This document shows positions 42,915-58,105 of a stretch of 64,000 nt of DNA, one piece after another. The position numbers were made by a program, and so were the translations under genes. Origin of the DNA: the human T2T-CHM13v2.0 reference genome, Homo sapiens; NCBI RefSeq assembly GCF_009914755.1, contig NC_060934.1. The stretch is one strand, 5' to 3'. Position 1 is the first letter of the stretch, and each line of letters starts with the position of its first letter. The notes under the pieces were generated by a model that was not told the origin of the DNA, made no database searches, and saw only the letters and a list, made by a program, of their open reading frames with translations.

Positions 42915-43160
42915 TATGTATTATCTATTGCTGTGTGACAAATTACCCCCAAATTCATCGGCTAACACCAACAATATCTATTATCTTTCATAGTTTCTGT
43001 AGGTTCAGAAATTCCAGAGAAGCTTGGCTGTTCTTCCTTGAGGTTGTGGTCAAATGTCAGCTAGACCTTCAGTCATCTGAAGGCTTGTCTGAAGTGAGAG
43101 GATTCACTTTCAGGTTGACCCAGTCATAGCAGGAGGTCTCAGTTCTCCCCACATGCTTCA
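42915..43160 (-). mobile_element. MLT1 (F/G-like) MaLR LTR fragment
   Basis: 'tctattgctgtgtgacaaattacccccaaa...cagtcatctgaaggcttg'. Confidence 0.75.
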
Positions 43161-43162
43161 CA

Positions 43163-43747
43163 TGTTGAGGGTGGCAAAGATACCCTTCAGTCTCTGTAGT
43201 CAGTCTTACTGATGTTCTTCTATTTTTCTTTAAATTCCCAAGACTGATTGTGCTGAACTCCCATAAATATCACCAATGTGCTGATTAGATAAAACAATGG
43301 TTATTTTCATTCATTGCAACGAGGGAAAATTCCAGCTTTACTGATCATTGTGGCATCTCCAAAGAGAGAAATCAGATGTAAGGTAGTTATAAGACTTTGA
43401 AGCGTGAGTGAAGTGGTTTGAGGTTGGTTTGTTAAGGCAGATAAATGATTGGGATTGGGCAAAGTGCATGATATGATAGTTTAGCATAAGTAGACACAGC
43501 TAAGTGGTATCTTGAAACTAGTCTTGATAAGTAAAAGTAACTTGGTAAATGAGCTCTTTTATCAGGTGAGCAGAATGCTATCTGCAATACATCATTTTGT
43601 AAGAATATCCTGAAGCAATAAGCAGTTATTTATTGGTGTAAAGTTTCATCTTTCTCAGACAAAGCTTGCCTGAAACAAATTATCTTGGCACAAAGTGATC
43701 AATGTTCTACCCTGAGGCATGTTGACACAGATGGTCTCAGTTCTCAA
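43163..43747 (-). mobile_element. Ancient LTR (probably ERV1-class; subfamily not identified) nested in MLT1
   Basis: TG...CA-bounded ~585-bp block ending 'cagatggtctcagttctca'. Confidence 0.5.
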
Positions 43748-44189
43748 GTGGAGACCATGACAAGTCTCAACGATAATGGCCAGGGAATCAATTGCAGCAG
43801 GTCGCTTTACAAGGATCCTTTGGGCTTTCAGTCAAAAGGGTTATAATTAAGCCATTAAAAGAAAAAGTAAAAGAAAGAAAACACAATGATTGAACAGACT
43901 GTGGTTCATTCTAATCACAATGAAAAGAAAGCACTGTTCACAAAAATTAAGACTCAGAACATTCAAGTCCATTGGGAATAAATAAAATACAGTATCATAC
44001 AAAACCATACCCAAACAACCAAACATACCTTCGGATTTAAGAAGAAAATCAGTGATTACAAAATAGTTTATATTAAAATAGTACTAAAACTGTTACAGAA
44101 CGTAAACTGTTACACACTCAAATTGGGATAATCTAAGAAGAGTTTTCTAAGGTAATTATTTTTAAAGTGAGGGCAAAATGTAGGAAAAC

Positions 44190-44557
44190 CATAAGATATG
44201 GCAGCCCCTGGCTAGCACACCAGGAGTACTGTGACCCCTCCTGTCCTGAAAGTGCAAGGGAGGAGAAGTGACCAGAAACTGGACACAGAAGGGTCTTTTG
44301 GGAAAGAACTTCCAGACAAGAGCTGTGATTTTTGATTGAGAGCTACAGTCAGCTCATTATGACCCTACAGAAAAAGATCCAGAGAAATCTTCCTCATCCT
44401 CACTTTCTGCCATCCTTTCTATCTGCTGTTGCTCCTCACTGGCTGAACTCACCTGCAGCTGGAAGGTAAGGATGCCCCCTGATTAACCACATTGGGGCAC
44501 AAAGCAGAAAAAAGATGAGAGTGGATCTGAGGGGACAAACAGAGAATATCCATGACA
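44190..44557 (-). mobile_element. LTR33-family ERVL LTR fragment
   Basis: 'ctcactggctgaactcacc...gtggatctgaggggacaaacagagaatatccatgaca'. Confidence 0.6.
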
Positions 44558-45276
44558 GAGAATACAAATAAAATAACTAAAATGGAAACATGATGTATCT
44601 AAATTTATGAAATGCACAGAAGGCTGTACTCTCGGAAAAATATATAACCCCAAACCATTTCAACATTTAATATGAAAGAAAAAATAATCTATCATTCATC
44701 TCGAAAATTTAGACAGAAGAAAAATTCTCACATGAGGAAAGCATAAAGAAATAAGGAGTCATAAGTTGGAAAAAATAATAAAACAGTGAGTATATCACAA
44801 GACAGGTGAATTAAAACAATTCAATCAACAAACATCTGTTTGTCACCAAAGAAATTAAATGTTCTCACCAAAGAAATTAAATTGAGTACCAAAAACAAAC
44901 AAACAAAATTTGAAATAGGCACTATAACTCAAAACGGATGTTATAATCTTTTATAAATCTTTTATTAAAAATTAGGATGTAGAAATCTATAATATTTAAT
45001 GTAAAATGCAATTAAATAAGAAATTTAAGATAAAGAGTTAAATTTAAAAATTAAATTAAAAACGTTAATTGATAATGTAAACATGAAAAATTAAATTATA
45101 TGCTAATTGAGTCAAATCATACCCTCATTTTCAAGCCACCAAACTGGGTATTTGTAATTCAAGCAATTAACCAATGAATTAAGAATAATATAGCTACTGA
45201 TGTACTGCATTATGTTAAATATCACCAAAGTTCAAAGGAGGGACACTGATCCTACTTTATATATTTTAAACATATT

Positions 45277-45913
<637 letters not shown>

Positions 45914-45924
45914 ACATGTTTATA

Positions 45925-47150
45925 AAAGTTAAAATTAAGGAATGAGGACACAAAATTTCAGTTAGAAGGAATAAGTTGAAAAGTTCTACTATACAAAATG
46001 GTGACTACAGTTAATAATGTAGTGTATTCTTGAAAATCGCAAAGACGGTAAATTTTAAATCTTCTTACCAAAAACAGTATGTGAGTCGATGCATATGGCA
46101 ATTAGCTTGATAGCCAAGACATCATGTTGTACAGGGTAAATATATACATTAAAAAAATTCTTTATATTTAGTAAAATATTCTTAATGTAGGTTCTTAATC
46201 TCTTTTTTGTGTATAAACCCCTTTAAAATTCTATTAAAGCTAAGAATTTTCTTCCCAAATAAATGCATACATTATGTGAAATATTGCAAATAATTTTATG
46301 CATTCAAAGAGTTTCTGAAATCCATTCATAAACTTTTGGTGGGGAAACTATATTTAAGAATGACACACTAGAGAAAGTATCTTTAAAACTTGTATGAGAA
46401 TTATGTCACCTAACACTATGATTCCCTATTTATTTTAAAAGTTTCTAGCAGTAAGTAAGAAATTAAACAAATAGGAAAGTTAAAATGATTAGAGGGAGAA
46501 AAAGTTATCACTTCTCAGGCATCATGATTATGTACTCAGTCCCGAAAGAATCTTAGATTCTGAAAATAAGTTAGTAAAAATGAGTCTAGTTGACCCCTAG
46601 ATGCAAGAAAAATATGCACAAATTAATGGCTTTCTTACATCCCAGTAATAACCAGGTAGAAGATGTAATAGGAAGGAAGTAATATTCCATTCACAACATT
46701 AATGAAAAATGTGAAATGTTTTTAAGTATCTTACAAGAAATGTGTAGGAACTAAATGAAGAAAACTAAAAGTTTACCGAGAGACATAAAAGTAGATTTTA
46801 ATAAATGGAATACCATAGTATACTATGCTATGGTAAAGGAAGACAAAATAGCATAAACATAACAATTCTACAAAGTTTAATTAAAACTTAGTAGAATTTC
46901 TATTAAAATTCTGATGACATTTTACTGGAATGCAAAAACTTGTTTCTTAAATTAATTTGGAATTTTCAATAAACTGGAAAAACTCTGAGCAAATTAAAAA
47001 TGAAAGATCAATGATTTCAGACAAACTTCTTGAGATAAGACTTTTTTTTTTTATTTTTACAGCTATAGCAATTAAAACTGAGTGAGCAGAGTGGTACTGA
47101 CAAAATAATTCACAGAACAATCAATGGAGTTGCAGACTTAGCCCTAAAAT
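45925..47150 (+). mobile_element. Old L1 fragments (L1MA 3' end 45925-46155; L1M ORF2 46430-47150)
   Basis: 'aaaatttcagttagaaggaataagtt...ggtgactacagttaataat'; decayed ORF2 text. Confidence 0.7.
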
Positions 47151-48110
47151 AAAACCTAGTTCAACAGACCAAGTGTGTTCTTTGAGACTTCATTAGAAAG
47201 GCTTTTATTATTTTTCAGAAGAGGTTTTGATTGGGATAAAAGCTCTAAATCCAAGTGATTCTGGAAAACCCCAGATAAACACAAGCATTTTACATTGTCA
47301 AATATAGGAATATATAATATAAACTTCTAAGAGAGGAATATAGCTAGCAATTTTTAGCAAACAGAAACATTGTTTATAAGAAATCTTCCAAGACTGGGAA
47401 TATTTGGAATCCAATTGTTCATTTGTTCATTTGAAATTACATATTACTTCTGCAGCACCTGAGCGCAAATTCAAGTATCCTAGGTATATAAATACGTTAC
47501 TACTCAGTTTTTGTTGAAAACTGTCTTGGTATTTGTATGAAATTATACACATATGCTAAATAAAAGATGATAATTCAATCATTTTGGAGCCGGTCAGGAT
47601 TTTGGAAATACTGGTAAATTATTTGGCTAGGAAAGGCTGGAAAATAGATGTATCTCAGATTTAAAAGGAATCTGCTGACAAAGAAATTCCTAAAGCTGAT
47701 GAATGATGGAAGAAGTGTCGGAAAAATGTTTCATTTTGAATTCATAAAATATGGAATTTCAGAGTATTTATACAAACCATAAATATCATTTTAAAAGAAA
47801 CAAAAAATAAAATCATAAAATAAATATGAAAACAAAAGGTTAATATTCAGAATCAAAATATCTAAGTTTAATAATAGTGAAAATAAGTTCCATTCTTATT
47901 ATGTTACTTAATTTAAAAAATCCCAATGGATAACCATATTATAAACCAAATTTAAAAATAATTTAGGAGCAATTTAGAGACCACAAACTATAATCATTGT
48001 TGCCCTTGTTATTAAAACATTGCCATTTTATTCAGTACAGGGTACAAAAACAGATAACTTCCGGATTTTTCTTCTTAAGTTTCTACCTTTAACCAGGAAT
48101 TTTTTGTCAG

Positions 48111-48170
48111 CATCATTATCTTTATCATCATCAGCCTCAGTATCATCATCATCATCATCAATCATCATTA
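48111..48170. repeat. (TCA)n degenerate microsatellite
   Basis: Direct reading. Confidence 0.85.
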
Positions 48171-51100
48171 TTTCTCATATTGACTTTCAAAACAAAACAG
48201 ATAATTCCTTAGCAGATTGTATATTTGTCTTATACTTTTTTTATTAATGTTGAGTAATATTTAGAGGTAATTTCCACAGCAGATGTATGGAAAGTATTTT
48301 TGTTTGGTTTGGTTTCGGTTTTGGTTTTAAAATAAAAGCATAGATTTTACATGTAAGATGCCAGATTTTCCTTATTTCAATGTGGCCCATGGGTATAATG
48401 GAGTTTAGTCTTCCGGAGCTAGTAATTTTAAAGAGATCATCTAGTAGAAGAACAAAAATCTATAAAAGAGATGATGTGATGTATTCAGTGTTTATACCTT
48501 AATCTTATTTGGGTTTACTCTTATGGTAAAAGCAAAAAAAAAAAAAAAAAAAAAAAGAACATGCAACTAGTAAGTGGCAGAGATAATAATCTAACTAGAG
48601 CACCATAGTTCCAGGACCCTCCCTTGAAACTACACTATACTGAAGCTCAATTGAAATATACACTGTTGTATAAAATTTATTGAGTAAGGTTTAAGGTTAA
48701 GGAGAAATCATCTCAAGAATATTTTATAGAAAAAGTGAAATTTAAGATGGGCCTTAAAGCATGACATCAACCAGTAAATATATAGCTTCACAGACATCAG
48801 CTCCATGAGGACAGGAACCATGTCTGATTTGTGCATTCCTATATCTCCAGGGCCTAAAAGAGAAGCTGGCTCACTGCAGAATGGCACTGGGCACACAAAG
48901 CATATGCCACTAGATTTAGTATTATAATCCATGAACAAAATTGTTAGTTGTTATATGTGTAAAGTAAAATGGTCACTGCAAGGATACTATGCTAAATTAT
49001 ATTAACACTATATTGTCTTCACTGAATATAATTTGAAAACAATAATTATTTCAAACTTACACATTCCCCCTAGTTTTTATTTCCTGAAAATTCATTTTGT
49101 AAAACTGATAAAATTATGGAGGTAATATCTCAAACAAAGGAAAGTTTGAAATGTAATGTATATCATCAACATTTTAATAATAATTAAGGAAAGTTTATCC
49201 ATTATTGAGAAAAGCACATCTGGGTAGAGCAACAGAACTTTCATAAATACAGAAATGGGTCCTAGATAAATGACCTAGGACCATAATCAAGCTCAAGTGG
49301 CATAATGGCAATAAAAATATATATTTTTATTAAACCATAGTCACCCTGACAAAAGAAAATAGACCAGAGTAACCCAGGAAGTTGAGCAGGAGGCTTATTG
49401 TTGGGAATTGGTGACGTCATGTTTGTTAGCACCACGGTATCATGGGCCAAACGTTACTATAAGAAATGGCACACTGACAGCTAGCCTCCTTCCATACCCT
49501 TCTTCCCAGAGAGGAGTCATAATTTGTATGAGCTCTAAAGTTTCAGAGAACTGAGAATACCTAACAAGTAAATGACTTTTGGAAGGTTTATCTTAAAGTT
49601 CTCCTTGCCAAAGAGTTGCCAGACTGGGGAGCCGCCTTTTCTTTCCTCTCTGGGAAGGGCTCTTTAGCTTCACAGAAGTCATTCTTCATAAATGTGCTCA
49701 GCTGCTGATTTATGTAAAAAAAAAATAAAGTCAGTGCTTCAATGAGTCTATAATGATTAATGAAAATAAAACTAGGAATACATGAAACATGAGATGACTT
49801 TTATATTCAAAGTCATTAATAGCCATATAGGGAGTTCGGAAATGGCCCATTAAAATAGATTATTATAACAAGGCAAATTAATGGTTTCTTCAGAGTTTAG
49901 AAAATAAACTTGATTAGTTATATGAGAAATTTATTACCAAAAATCATTTTTATCTGCATAATAAATTGCAGGCTATGTATAGCTCATTTAGATCCATTTT
50001 TGTGATGACATATTTGACCTGCCTTTGTTTATAGAATAAATGCAGCTGCCAAATGTGTTTATATAATAACTAATTAATGTTTGTTTGATGGTCCATCAGC
50101 TTGATCTACGAACTCTGCTGTTAAGAAAGAAAAAGAAAACCCATCAAATTTCATGTAATGCCCTGAAATCGCCAACATTCTTCTGGAGAAATATTTTAAA
50201 AGAATTTTTAGCAAGATATATTTTACTATATTGTACAATACTATGCAAATTAAATACATCACTTCAGAAGTGCTGTATTTTGCCAAGTGAATTGATTACC
50301 AACAGAATTCTTACTCATCTCTTCTAGTTGAAAAGTAGCCCACATTAAGTTTAAAACATCGCATTAAAAATAATTTATTTTGATGTGAATAACTTAGGGG
50401 GTGAGTGAAGTTAATGGGTAAAACTTTGCTTTTCATAATAGCAAATGTAATGTATATATTGGATGTATGCATGTTGATATTATTTCTATTCAAAATAAGA
50501 ATATAAAAGCTAGATGTAAAATTTTCTATTTCAATCACGGCTGGAGAGAACAGGCATTTGTCTTCTTTCCCTTATAAAATTCCATTGTTATTTAGCAAAA
50601 AGCACAAAAGGGAATAAACTCATAAAACAAAACAGAAACTATATGATGTGGTTATCAGCAGATGAGAACTCTCAATAAATTTCTGGGAAGAAGAATATGT
50701 AAAGTAAGTTGATGGATAAAAATGAGAGGAGTAAGCCACTGCCCAGGATATATACAGCTTAGAAAGATACATTGTGGTCTGCCCCAATGCAGGAAATGGG
50801 CAAGGCATGTGGGGCTGAAAAAACGAAGACTGATTAGATGTTGAACTACGGAAGGGCTACACAATTAAATCATTCTATACTCCTTTCTGAACATGAGAGC
50901 AGAGCAGCCAGTTTTTAATATCCTATTGAAAAAAAAAGGGGGCTTTCTTTGAAGAAATGCAGTGAAATATTTGGTTCCTTGTATGGGAGTTAGCACCTTT
51001 TAGTTAAGTGCTCTTCACTCTGGCATTACTACATAAGGGGAGAGGAAAACCACAATAATGGGAAAAACATCAAGTGCATCCTTTATTTTTGCCATGAACA

Positions 51101-52029
51101 CTCAATCAAATAACACCATGAGAGAGAAAATTCAAGAAAAACTAGAGAAAATGTTGACTCCATAATAGAGGTAGAAACATAATTAGGAATACAGAACAAA
51201 TAAAGTCTTGAAAATAAATGTTACAAAGAAAAAAAGCAACATCTAATTAGAATTAAAATGTAATAGGAATTAAAAGACAATGTTTCTTAGTTATTTCTTC
51301 AGAGCAAGAGAGAAAAATCACAAAGGAAAATAACCTGGGATTCAGGAAAGAATGAATTAAGGACAGGAGTCTGGTGAAGTGAGATTTTAGAATGAAAGCT
51401 GTGCGGTGGCCTTAGAATGAAAACAGATCTCAGTAGAGCATATACCAGCTGGCAAGTCTAGGAAGCATTTTCTCTGAGAAATGGACTGGAGGAGCAAATG
51501 AGATTTGAGATAGGGTGGATGTATTGTGATATGAGGAAGATTTTATTTTGTCATTTGAAAAGAATGCAATTAAAAGCACCAGGAAACAAAAGATGTATGA
51601 GAACATCATCATCTACATGTAAAATACACATTCAATAGATTTCAATTTAAAGTAAATGGTGGAGAGTAAGACATTTTATTTTGCTTTGACACTAGAAATA
51701 TTTTCTTTAAGTGGCATAAGATTTGTGAAGGTGGGTCTAAAGAGAAAAAAAGTAATCTGAACATACTAATTAGCTAGAAGACTTACATCACAGAAGGGAA
51801 TGTAAACAGCATCAAGTAAAGGTACAGGCAACAAATGTTGCAAAGATAAATGGTGGAACGTAGGTGTTCTAAAATTTTCATCTTAAGTTAAGGAAACTTT
51901 AGAGAAAATGTCTAAAGTAAGGGAGGTGGAACAGAGGTTTAAGCACACTATTTTATATTAGTGATATCTAAGAGGCACATACAAATAAATAATGTACTGT
52001 GCAGTCATAGCCATTAGCACTGAATAAAA

Positions 52030-52985
52030 GGCCATTGTCTGGATGTACCAGTTTATCCTTTCACCTACTGAAGGAAATCGTGGTTGCTTTCAAGTTTTTA
52101 TAATTATGAAGCTTCTATTAATATCTGCGTGCAATTTTTTGTGTGGACATGTTTTCCACTCATTTGGGAAATTACTTAGGAACAGAATTGCTGGATCCTA
52201 TGATAAGCTAATGTTTAGTTTTGTAAGAAACAGCCCACTGTCTTCCAAAGTGGCTGAACCATGGTCCATTTCCACCAGCAATAGTGAGTCTTCCTGTTGC
52301 TCCGTATCCTCACGAGAACTTGATGTTGTCAGGGTTTTGAATTTTAGTCATTCTAATGAATGTGTAGTGGTGTCTCATCGTTTTAATTTGAAGCTTTCTA
52401 ATGACATATGATGTTGAACATTTTTATTTGATTATTTGCTACCTGTATATCTTCAGTGAGATATCTTTAGATCATCTGCCTGCTTTTTAATTAGGTTGTT
52501 TTAAGACTTTTTTTGCATATTTGAAATAACAGTCCTTTATCTGATGCGTGTTTTGCAAATATTGTCAACCACTCCATGGCTGGGTTTCTCATTCCCTTGA
52601 CAGTGTCCTTCACAGAGCAGGTGTTTTTAATTTTAATGAAGCTTAACTAATCAATTATTTCTTGCATGGATCATACCTTTGGTATTATATCTAAAAAATC
52701 ACCAACCAACTGAAGTTTATATAGATTTTTCTCTTGTTACCTTTTAGAAGTTTTTATAGTTTTTCTTTTTATATTTAGTTCTATAATACATTTTCGATTA
52801 ATTTCCAAGAGAGGTGTAAGGTCTTGTCTAGATTCACATTTTTTTACATGTAGATGTCCAGTTGTTCCAGGACTATTTGTTGGAAAACTCTCTTTGCTCC
52901 ACCATTATATTGCCTTTGCTCCTAAGTCAAAGATCAATTAGTTGTCTATATTTGTGTGGGTCTAATATGTGGCTTTTTATAAGCT
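52030..52985 (-). mobile_element. L1MC/MB ORF2 3' region
   Basis: 'tttagttttgtaagaaacagcc...tccaaagtggctg'. Confidence 0.85.
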
Positions 52986-53612
52986 GGTGTAACATGCATA
53001 ATGTAATAATTTACAGTATAGCGATATCCCTTTGGAGGTGTCTTCAACTTAGTAACTGGGACTGACTCAAAGGAGAAAAAAACACAAAGATAAATTTAGA
53101 AAACAGAATTGTTAAAACTTTTAAATTATCATTTATTAAAAGAAAATTTACCTGTCAGAATTGCACCCATATTATATTACATTAAAAATCGAGATATACA
53201 TCATCACACCATTTTCTGTTATAAGAAATTATTCTCTGGATTAAGTCGTAGTTAGAGCTCTGGTTTCAGATCATTTTCAATGTGTGAATTATGTGTTTTT
53301 AAAAGTATATAGAAAGCCCCTGTCTACTCCATGTTCTTCCAATTGACACTGATACAAAACGCCATTTCCCTTTCACCAACTTTAATGTTTCTTCTGTTTT
53401 AAAGCAAAAGTAGAGAGACATAGATGAGAAAGGTGGGACTGTTGATTCCTTATCTAATTTCTGGGATGTAAAAGGAGTGAGATTCAAGTTTCACATGCAA
53501 TTCTAAGTAAACTTTTCTAGTTACTTTGCTTTTATTTTTTCCTTGAGTTTAGTTAGTGTGATATCCTGTCAGAACATACTTTATACTGCATTCAAGATAA
53601 AACACCTGTGTC

Positions 53613-53889
<277 letters not shown>

Positions 53890-54735
53890 CTACATATGAC
53901 CAATCAGGAGGTCAGAATCTCACGGTGAACATGATTATGTTAGTTGATTCAGTCCAATTAATGTACAATAAGTATTTTATATTTACTGGTGTCTAGTAAA
54001 TATTCTATTATAGGAGCACAATTTATATTCTAGAAACTAAGATGATATGCACAAATATGCATCATAAAAATTAAGTGATAAAGAATAAGAATAGATTATG
54101 ACAGATACTTCTCTAATTTTAGAAAAACTGAATAAAATACCCAAAGGGATCAGCAGTTTCATTGTCAACGGCAGTCAAGATGCACTTCATTCCGTGACGA
54201 CTTCTTCCTCTCTGTTCAACTATTATTACTTAGTTGTTATGTATGCTTTACATGTCCTTTATCCCATTACTATTTCATTGCCCAGTTGAATGTTTTCTTA
54301 ACAATAGACAATCCTTTATTGTTCTTATACTAATGGTGAATAATGCCAGCTCCTGAAGGAATGCTTCCAGTGTTACTTATAAGCCTGATTGCATCATGAT
54401 AAACATGAGGCTAGATTGCGTGCTTTGCCTTTTCCATGTTTGGCAAAGTGGACACAATTTCTTTCTCTTTGTTAGGTGATATTATTTTTCTCAAGACCTT
54501 ATTTCATCTACATATCCACAGAGTCCAGCACAATGCCCGCCCTAAGTGTACAGCAGGGGGATTGGAATGTACAAGTAGCTGATGTGTCTGTGCACCAACT
54601 TCACCTCCTAATATAACTTTAAAACTTCAAGCAGTTCTAGTAATTATGACAGATCATAAAACATGACAGACATCTGATAAGGTACAATAAACAAAAAATA
54701 CATTATGATGCTGTGTTTTGTAAGTGTAAAAATTA

Positions 54736-55020
54736 GGCCGGGCACAGTGATATGTGCCTGTAATCTTAGCACTTTGGGAGACCAGTGCGAGGAGTTCAAG
54801 ATCAGCCTGGAACATGGCGAAACCCTGTCTCTACAAAAAATATAAAAATTAGCAGGGCATGATGGCGCATGCCTGTACTCAGGAAGTTAGGGTGGGAGGA
54901 TTGCTTGAACCCGGCAGGTCAAGGCTGCAGTGAGCCGTGATTGTGCCACTGCACTCCAGCCTGGGCGACAGAGCGAGACCCTGTCTTTAAAAAAAATTAA
55001 AAAATTAAAAAATTAAAAAA
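54736..55020 (+). mobile_element. AluJ with two internal deletions and (TTAAAAAA)n tail
   Basis: 'ggtcaaggctgcagtgagccgtgattg'. Confidence 0.92.
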
Positions 55021-55806
55021 CCTCATTAAATTAAAAAATGATAAATTATCAGTCTACCCACGGAAATATATATCAGTGCCATATCAGATTATTTTATCTC
55101 CTGATTCCCCTGCTAAGAACAACTGTGGTCACACCCTACTTGTGTGTGACCAAAGCATCCCACCAGAGAGCCCCCAAACGGGGAAAATAAAAGATTGGCC
55201 CCAATGACATGTAACCGTGATTCATTCTCCATATGATAAAGTGAACAAGAGAGAAGAGGCTTCACAAAGCACAGACTGTTGAATTTCTTAGTATCTCTAA
55301 GAACCCTAAGGATATTCTTCAAGGCATAATTTATTCATCGATGTTACTATTCTGTGCTTCTGTCTTCTCCATGTCCTGATACCTATGTCTGCATGCCATC
55401 AGTTTCTCTGGCACACATTTGTAAATCTCTTTGACTCATTTTTCCCTATATAAAGTAGGTCTATTATCCATTCAATAAGTAGATATCAGATATCTACTAT
55501 GTATCAGGCACTGTGCTAAGATCATGCTGCTTTAATGATAGAAAATTCAAGAAACCAAATTAACCACATGTTAGGTGTCCTCTACATTCCAATGGGATCA
55601 AAGTACTGGATGTCATGAAATGGGATGTTTTTCTCTATTCTAATATTGGCCAGTGTTTAAGATTACCTATCTGTTAATTCTGATCTTCTACAATATGAAA
55701 CATATTCATGAAATTAAGAAAATTGTTACCTTCCCTGTGGTTATAATGCAATATTTTTACCCCACAATTCCTTCTCAGAATAAAAACTATTGAGAAAGTA
55801 AAGTTG

Positions 55807-56394
55807 TGTGAACAAAAAATAAAATTCTAAGGCTCCCCAACCACCTGAATGGACCTCCTCCTCAGCCAGGGCTCTTTTAAAATTTTACCTAAGAGACTGT
55901 TTCTGGCCATGATGGGGAGTGGGGGTCAGACATGCCTCATTATACCTCTCCAGCATTAACATCAGCACAAGCTTTAAGTCTAATAAGAAACATTTTATAA
56001 CGTGTTCTCTCTGAAGCCTACTACCTGAAAGTTTCCTCTGCAAATAAGAACTTGATCTCCACAATCCTTTATCTTAACCCAGGCATTACTTTCTGTTAAT
56101 ACCAGGTCTTTAGACAAACTCAACCAATTGTCAACCAGAAAATGTTTACATTTACCTATAGCCTGAAAGCCCCCATTTCGAGTGGTCCTGCCTTTCTGGA
56201 CCAAACCAATGTATTTCTTAAATGTATTTGATTGATGTCTCCCTAAAGTGTATAAAACCATGCTGCATCCTGATCACCTTGGGAACATGTTCTCAGGACC
56301 TCCTGAGGGCTATGTCATGGGCCATGGTCTCTCATATTTGGCTCAGAATAAATCTTTTCAAATATTTCACAGAGTTTGACTCTTTTCGTCGAGA
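55807..56394 (+). mobile_element. MER4A-type ERV1 solo LTR
   Basis: Start 'tgtgaacaaaaaataaaattctaagg', TATA-like 'tataaaa', AATAAA, end 'tttgactcttttcgtcgaga'; 4-bp TSD gttg. Confidence 0.9.
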
Positions 56395-56544
56395 GTTGCT
56401 TAGTATGTTACATAGGAGCTATTTCAATTGTTTATGGGCAATAAACTCCAAAATGAGTATCATTTTGTGACTTCTGGTTTCTGAATTTACCTGGTATTTT
56501 TATGAGGAGAAGAAACAAAGGTATTTTTCTTGAGGGTTTCCTTA

Positions 56545-56547
<3 letters not shown>

Positions 56548-56579
<32 letters not shown>
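56548..56579. repeat. (TG)16 microsatellite
   Basis: Direct reading. Confidence 0.97.
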
Positions 56580-56582
<3 letters not shown>

Positions 56583-58105
56583 AGAGAGAGAGAAGGGGAA
56601 AGAAAAGGAAGGATAGAGAGTAAAGGGGGTGCAGGGTAGAATGAAGGCTTAGAAGCTGAGATTTTATTATCACTTATTTCCTTTATGGTTATTTATTTGA
56701 AGAGGGTTTTAACTATGGCTATTGTACTCAAAGTCTTGGAAAATTTCAGCAACATAACATCCTGAATCATTTACTCTGGGAGAAAAATTATTTGATGTGA
56801 ATTGGACGTAGAGTTAGCTAGGATAGGACCGCTGCCAGACCACTCAAATTGAAGTCATTCTTTATATTGGTCACATGGATATTTTAAGAAGTGAAGCTGG
56901 GGCTGGGAAAGAAAAAAGGAGGGGGTGCTTTTCTATGAGAGAGATGGCATGAAACTGACATTTTGCTCTAGCATTTTGCATCAGATACTTCTGCAAAACT
57001 TTCATATTCTTTCAAGTTTCTTTTGCTACAATGTCAACTAACAAATGTTTCCTCCACTTATTTGTAGTGTGAGATTTTAGCTGAATTTTTTTATATGCTG
57101 TAAGACATCACAAGCAGAGCTCTTCAGTTAATGAAGCAACACGATCCAAATGTAACTTGATTTTATAATTCAGCATCTGCCTACTTGCGATTTGCCTGAG
57201 TATCCTGTAACAATGACTGAAAAAAGTGTTTCCCAATTTTTCAGCATTTGTGTGGGAAGCCTGGCTTAAAATCCAGTCAAAATGATGTATTTGAAATTCC
57301 TTTGGGGTTTCGAGTACACTTCAGGAGACAGGTTGTTATCCCCCAGGGCAACAAAACCTGGGGTATGATGAGAAGCCTATGCAATACTGATCAGGAGAAA
57401 TTCCCTGTGACTTCTGATACCATGAAGAATGGTTTCAAGCTGAACTCACATTGTAAGTCACAAAGGTAGACAGTGAATTGCAGGCATTACATGGCAAAGG
57501 GATGCTTCTCTTTTGAGCAATACTGTTCCACAGGAAGCAGCATTAGAGATTTATGTTTATTGGAGGCTGATGATTCTCAGAGGACTTCCATGTAAGCCAG
57601 GATGTATTTTGCATATATGGAAGCATGAACTTTACCACATTGACAGCGTCTTGAAGAGTTCCATGCAGCATAAACTTCAAACTTCTCACAATTCTAGATT
57701 TCCATTCAAGCAATTGAAGTATCTAAAGGATATTAAAACCTGAAGTTATTGATTTATAGGCAGATTGCTGTTCAATGGATTTCTAGTCAACCATTAAATA
57801 CCAGCAATTACCCTAACAACCACACTCCCAAATTCACAGTCCCCATTGATTTGGTCAGTTAATAAACTGCATCCATGTTTACAAATATTATGAGATTTGT
57901 GTTCAGAAGTCAGGATCCTAAAATACTCTTGAGCCTGCTTTAAAGAACTTTAATTATGGAGAGAAACATCTGTTCTTAATAATTGTTTATTTTGTCTTTG
58001 CTACTATATTCTTGACATGTTTCTTTTCATTTAATTCCATTTAACTTTTAATTTTCCCAGCTTTATTGATATTACATGACAAATAAAAATTGTATATATT
58101 TTAGT

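Noticed and set aside
55995-56470. ORFs in the MER4A LTR; similar ORFs in MSTA, MLT2A and MLT1A
   Set aside because: They lie in solo LTRs with no gag/pol/env similarity.
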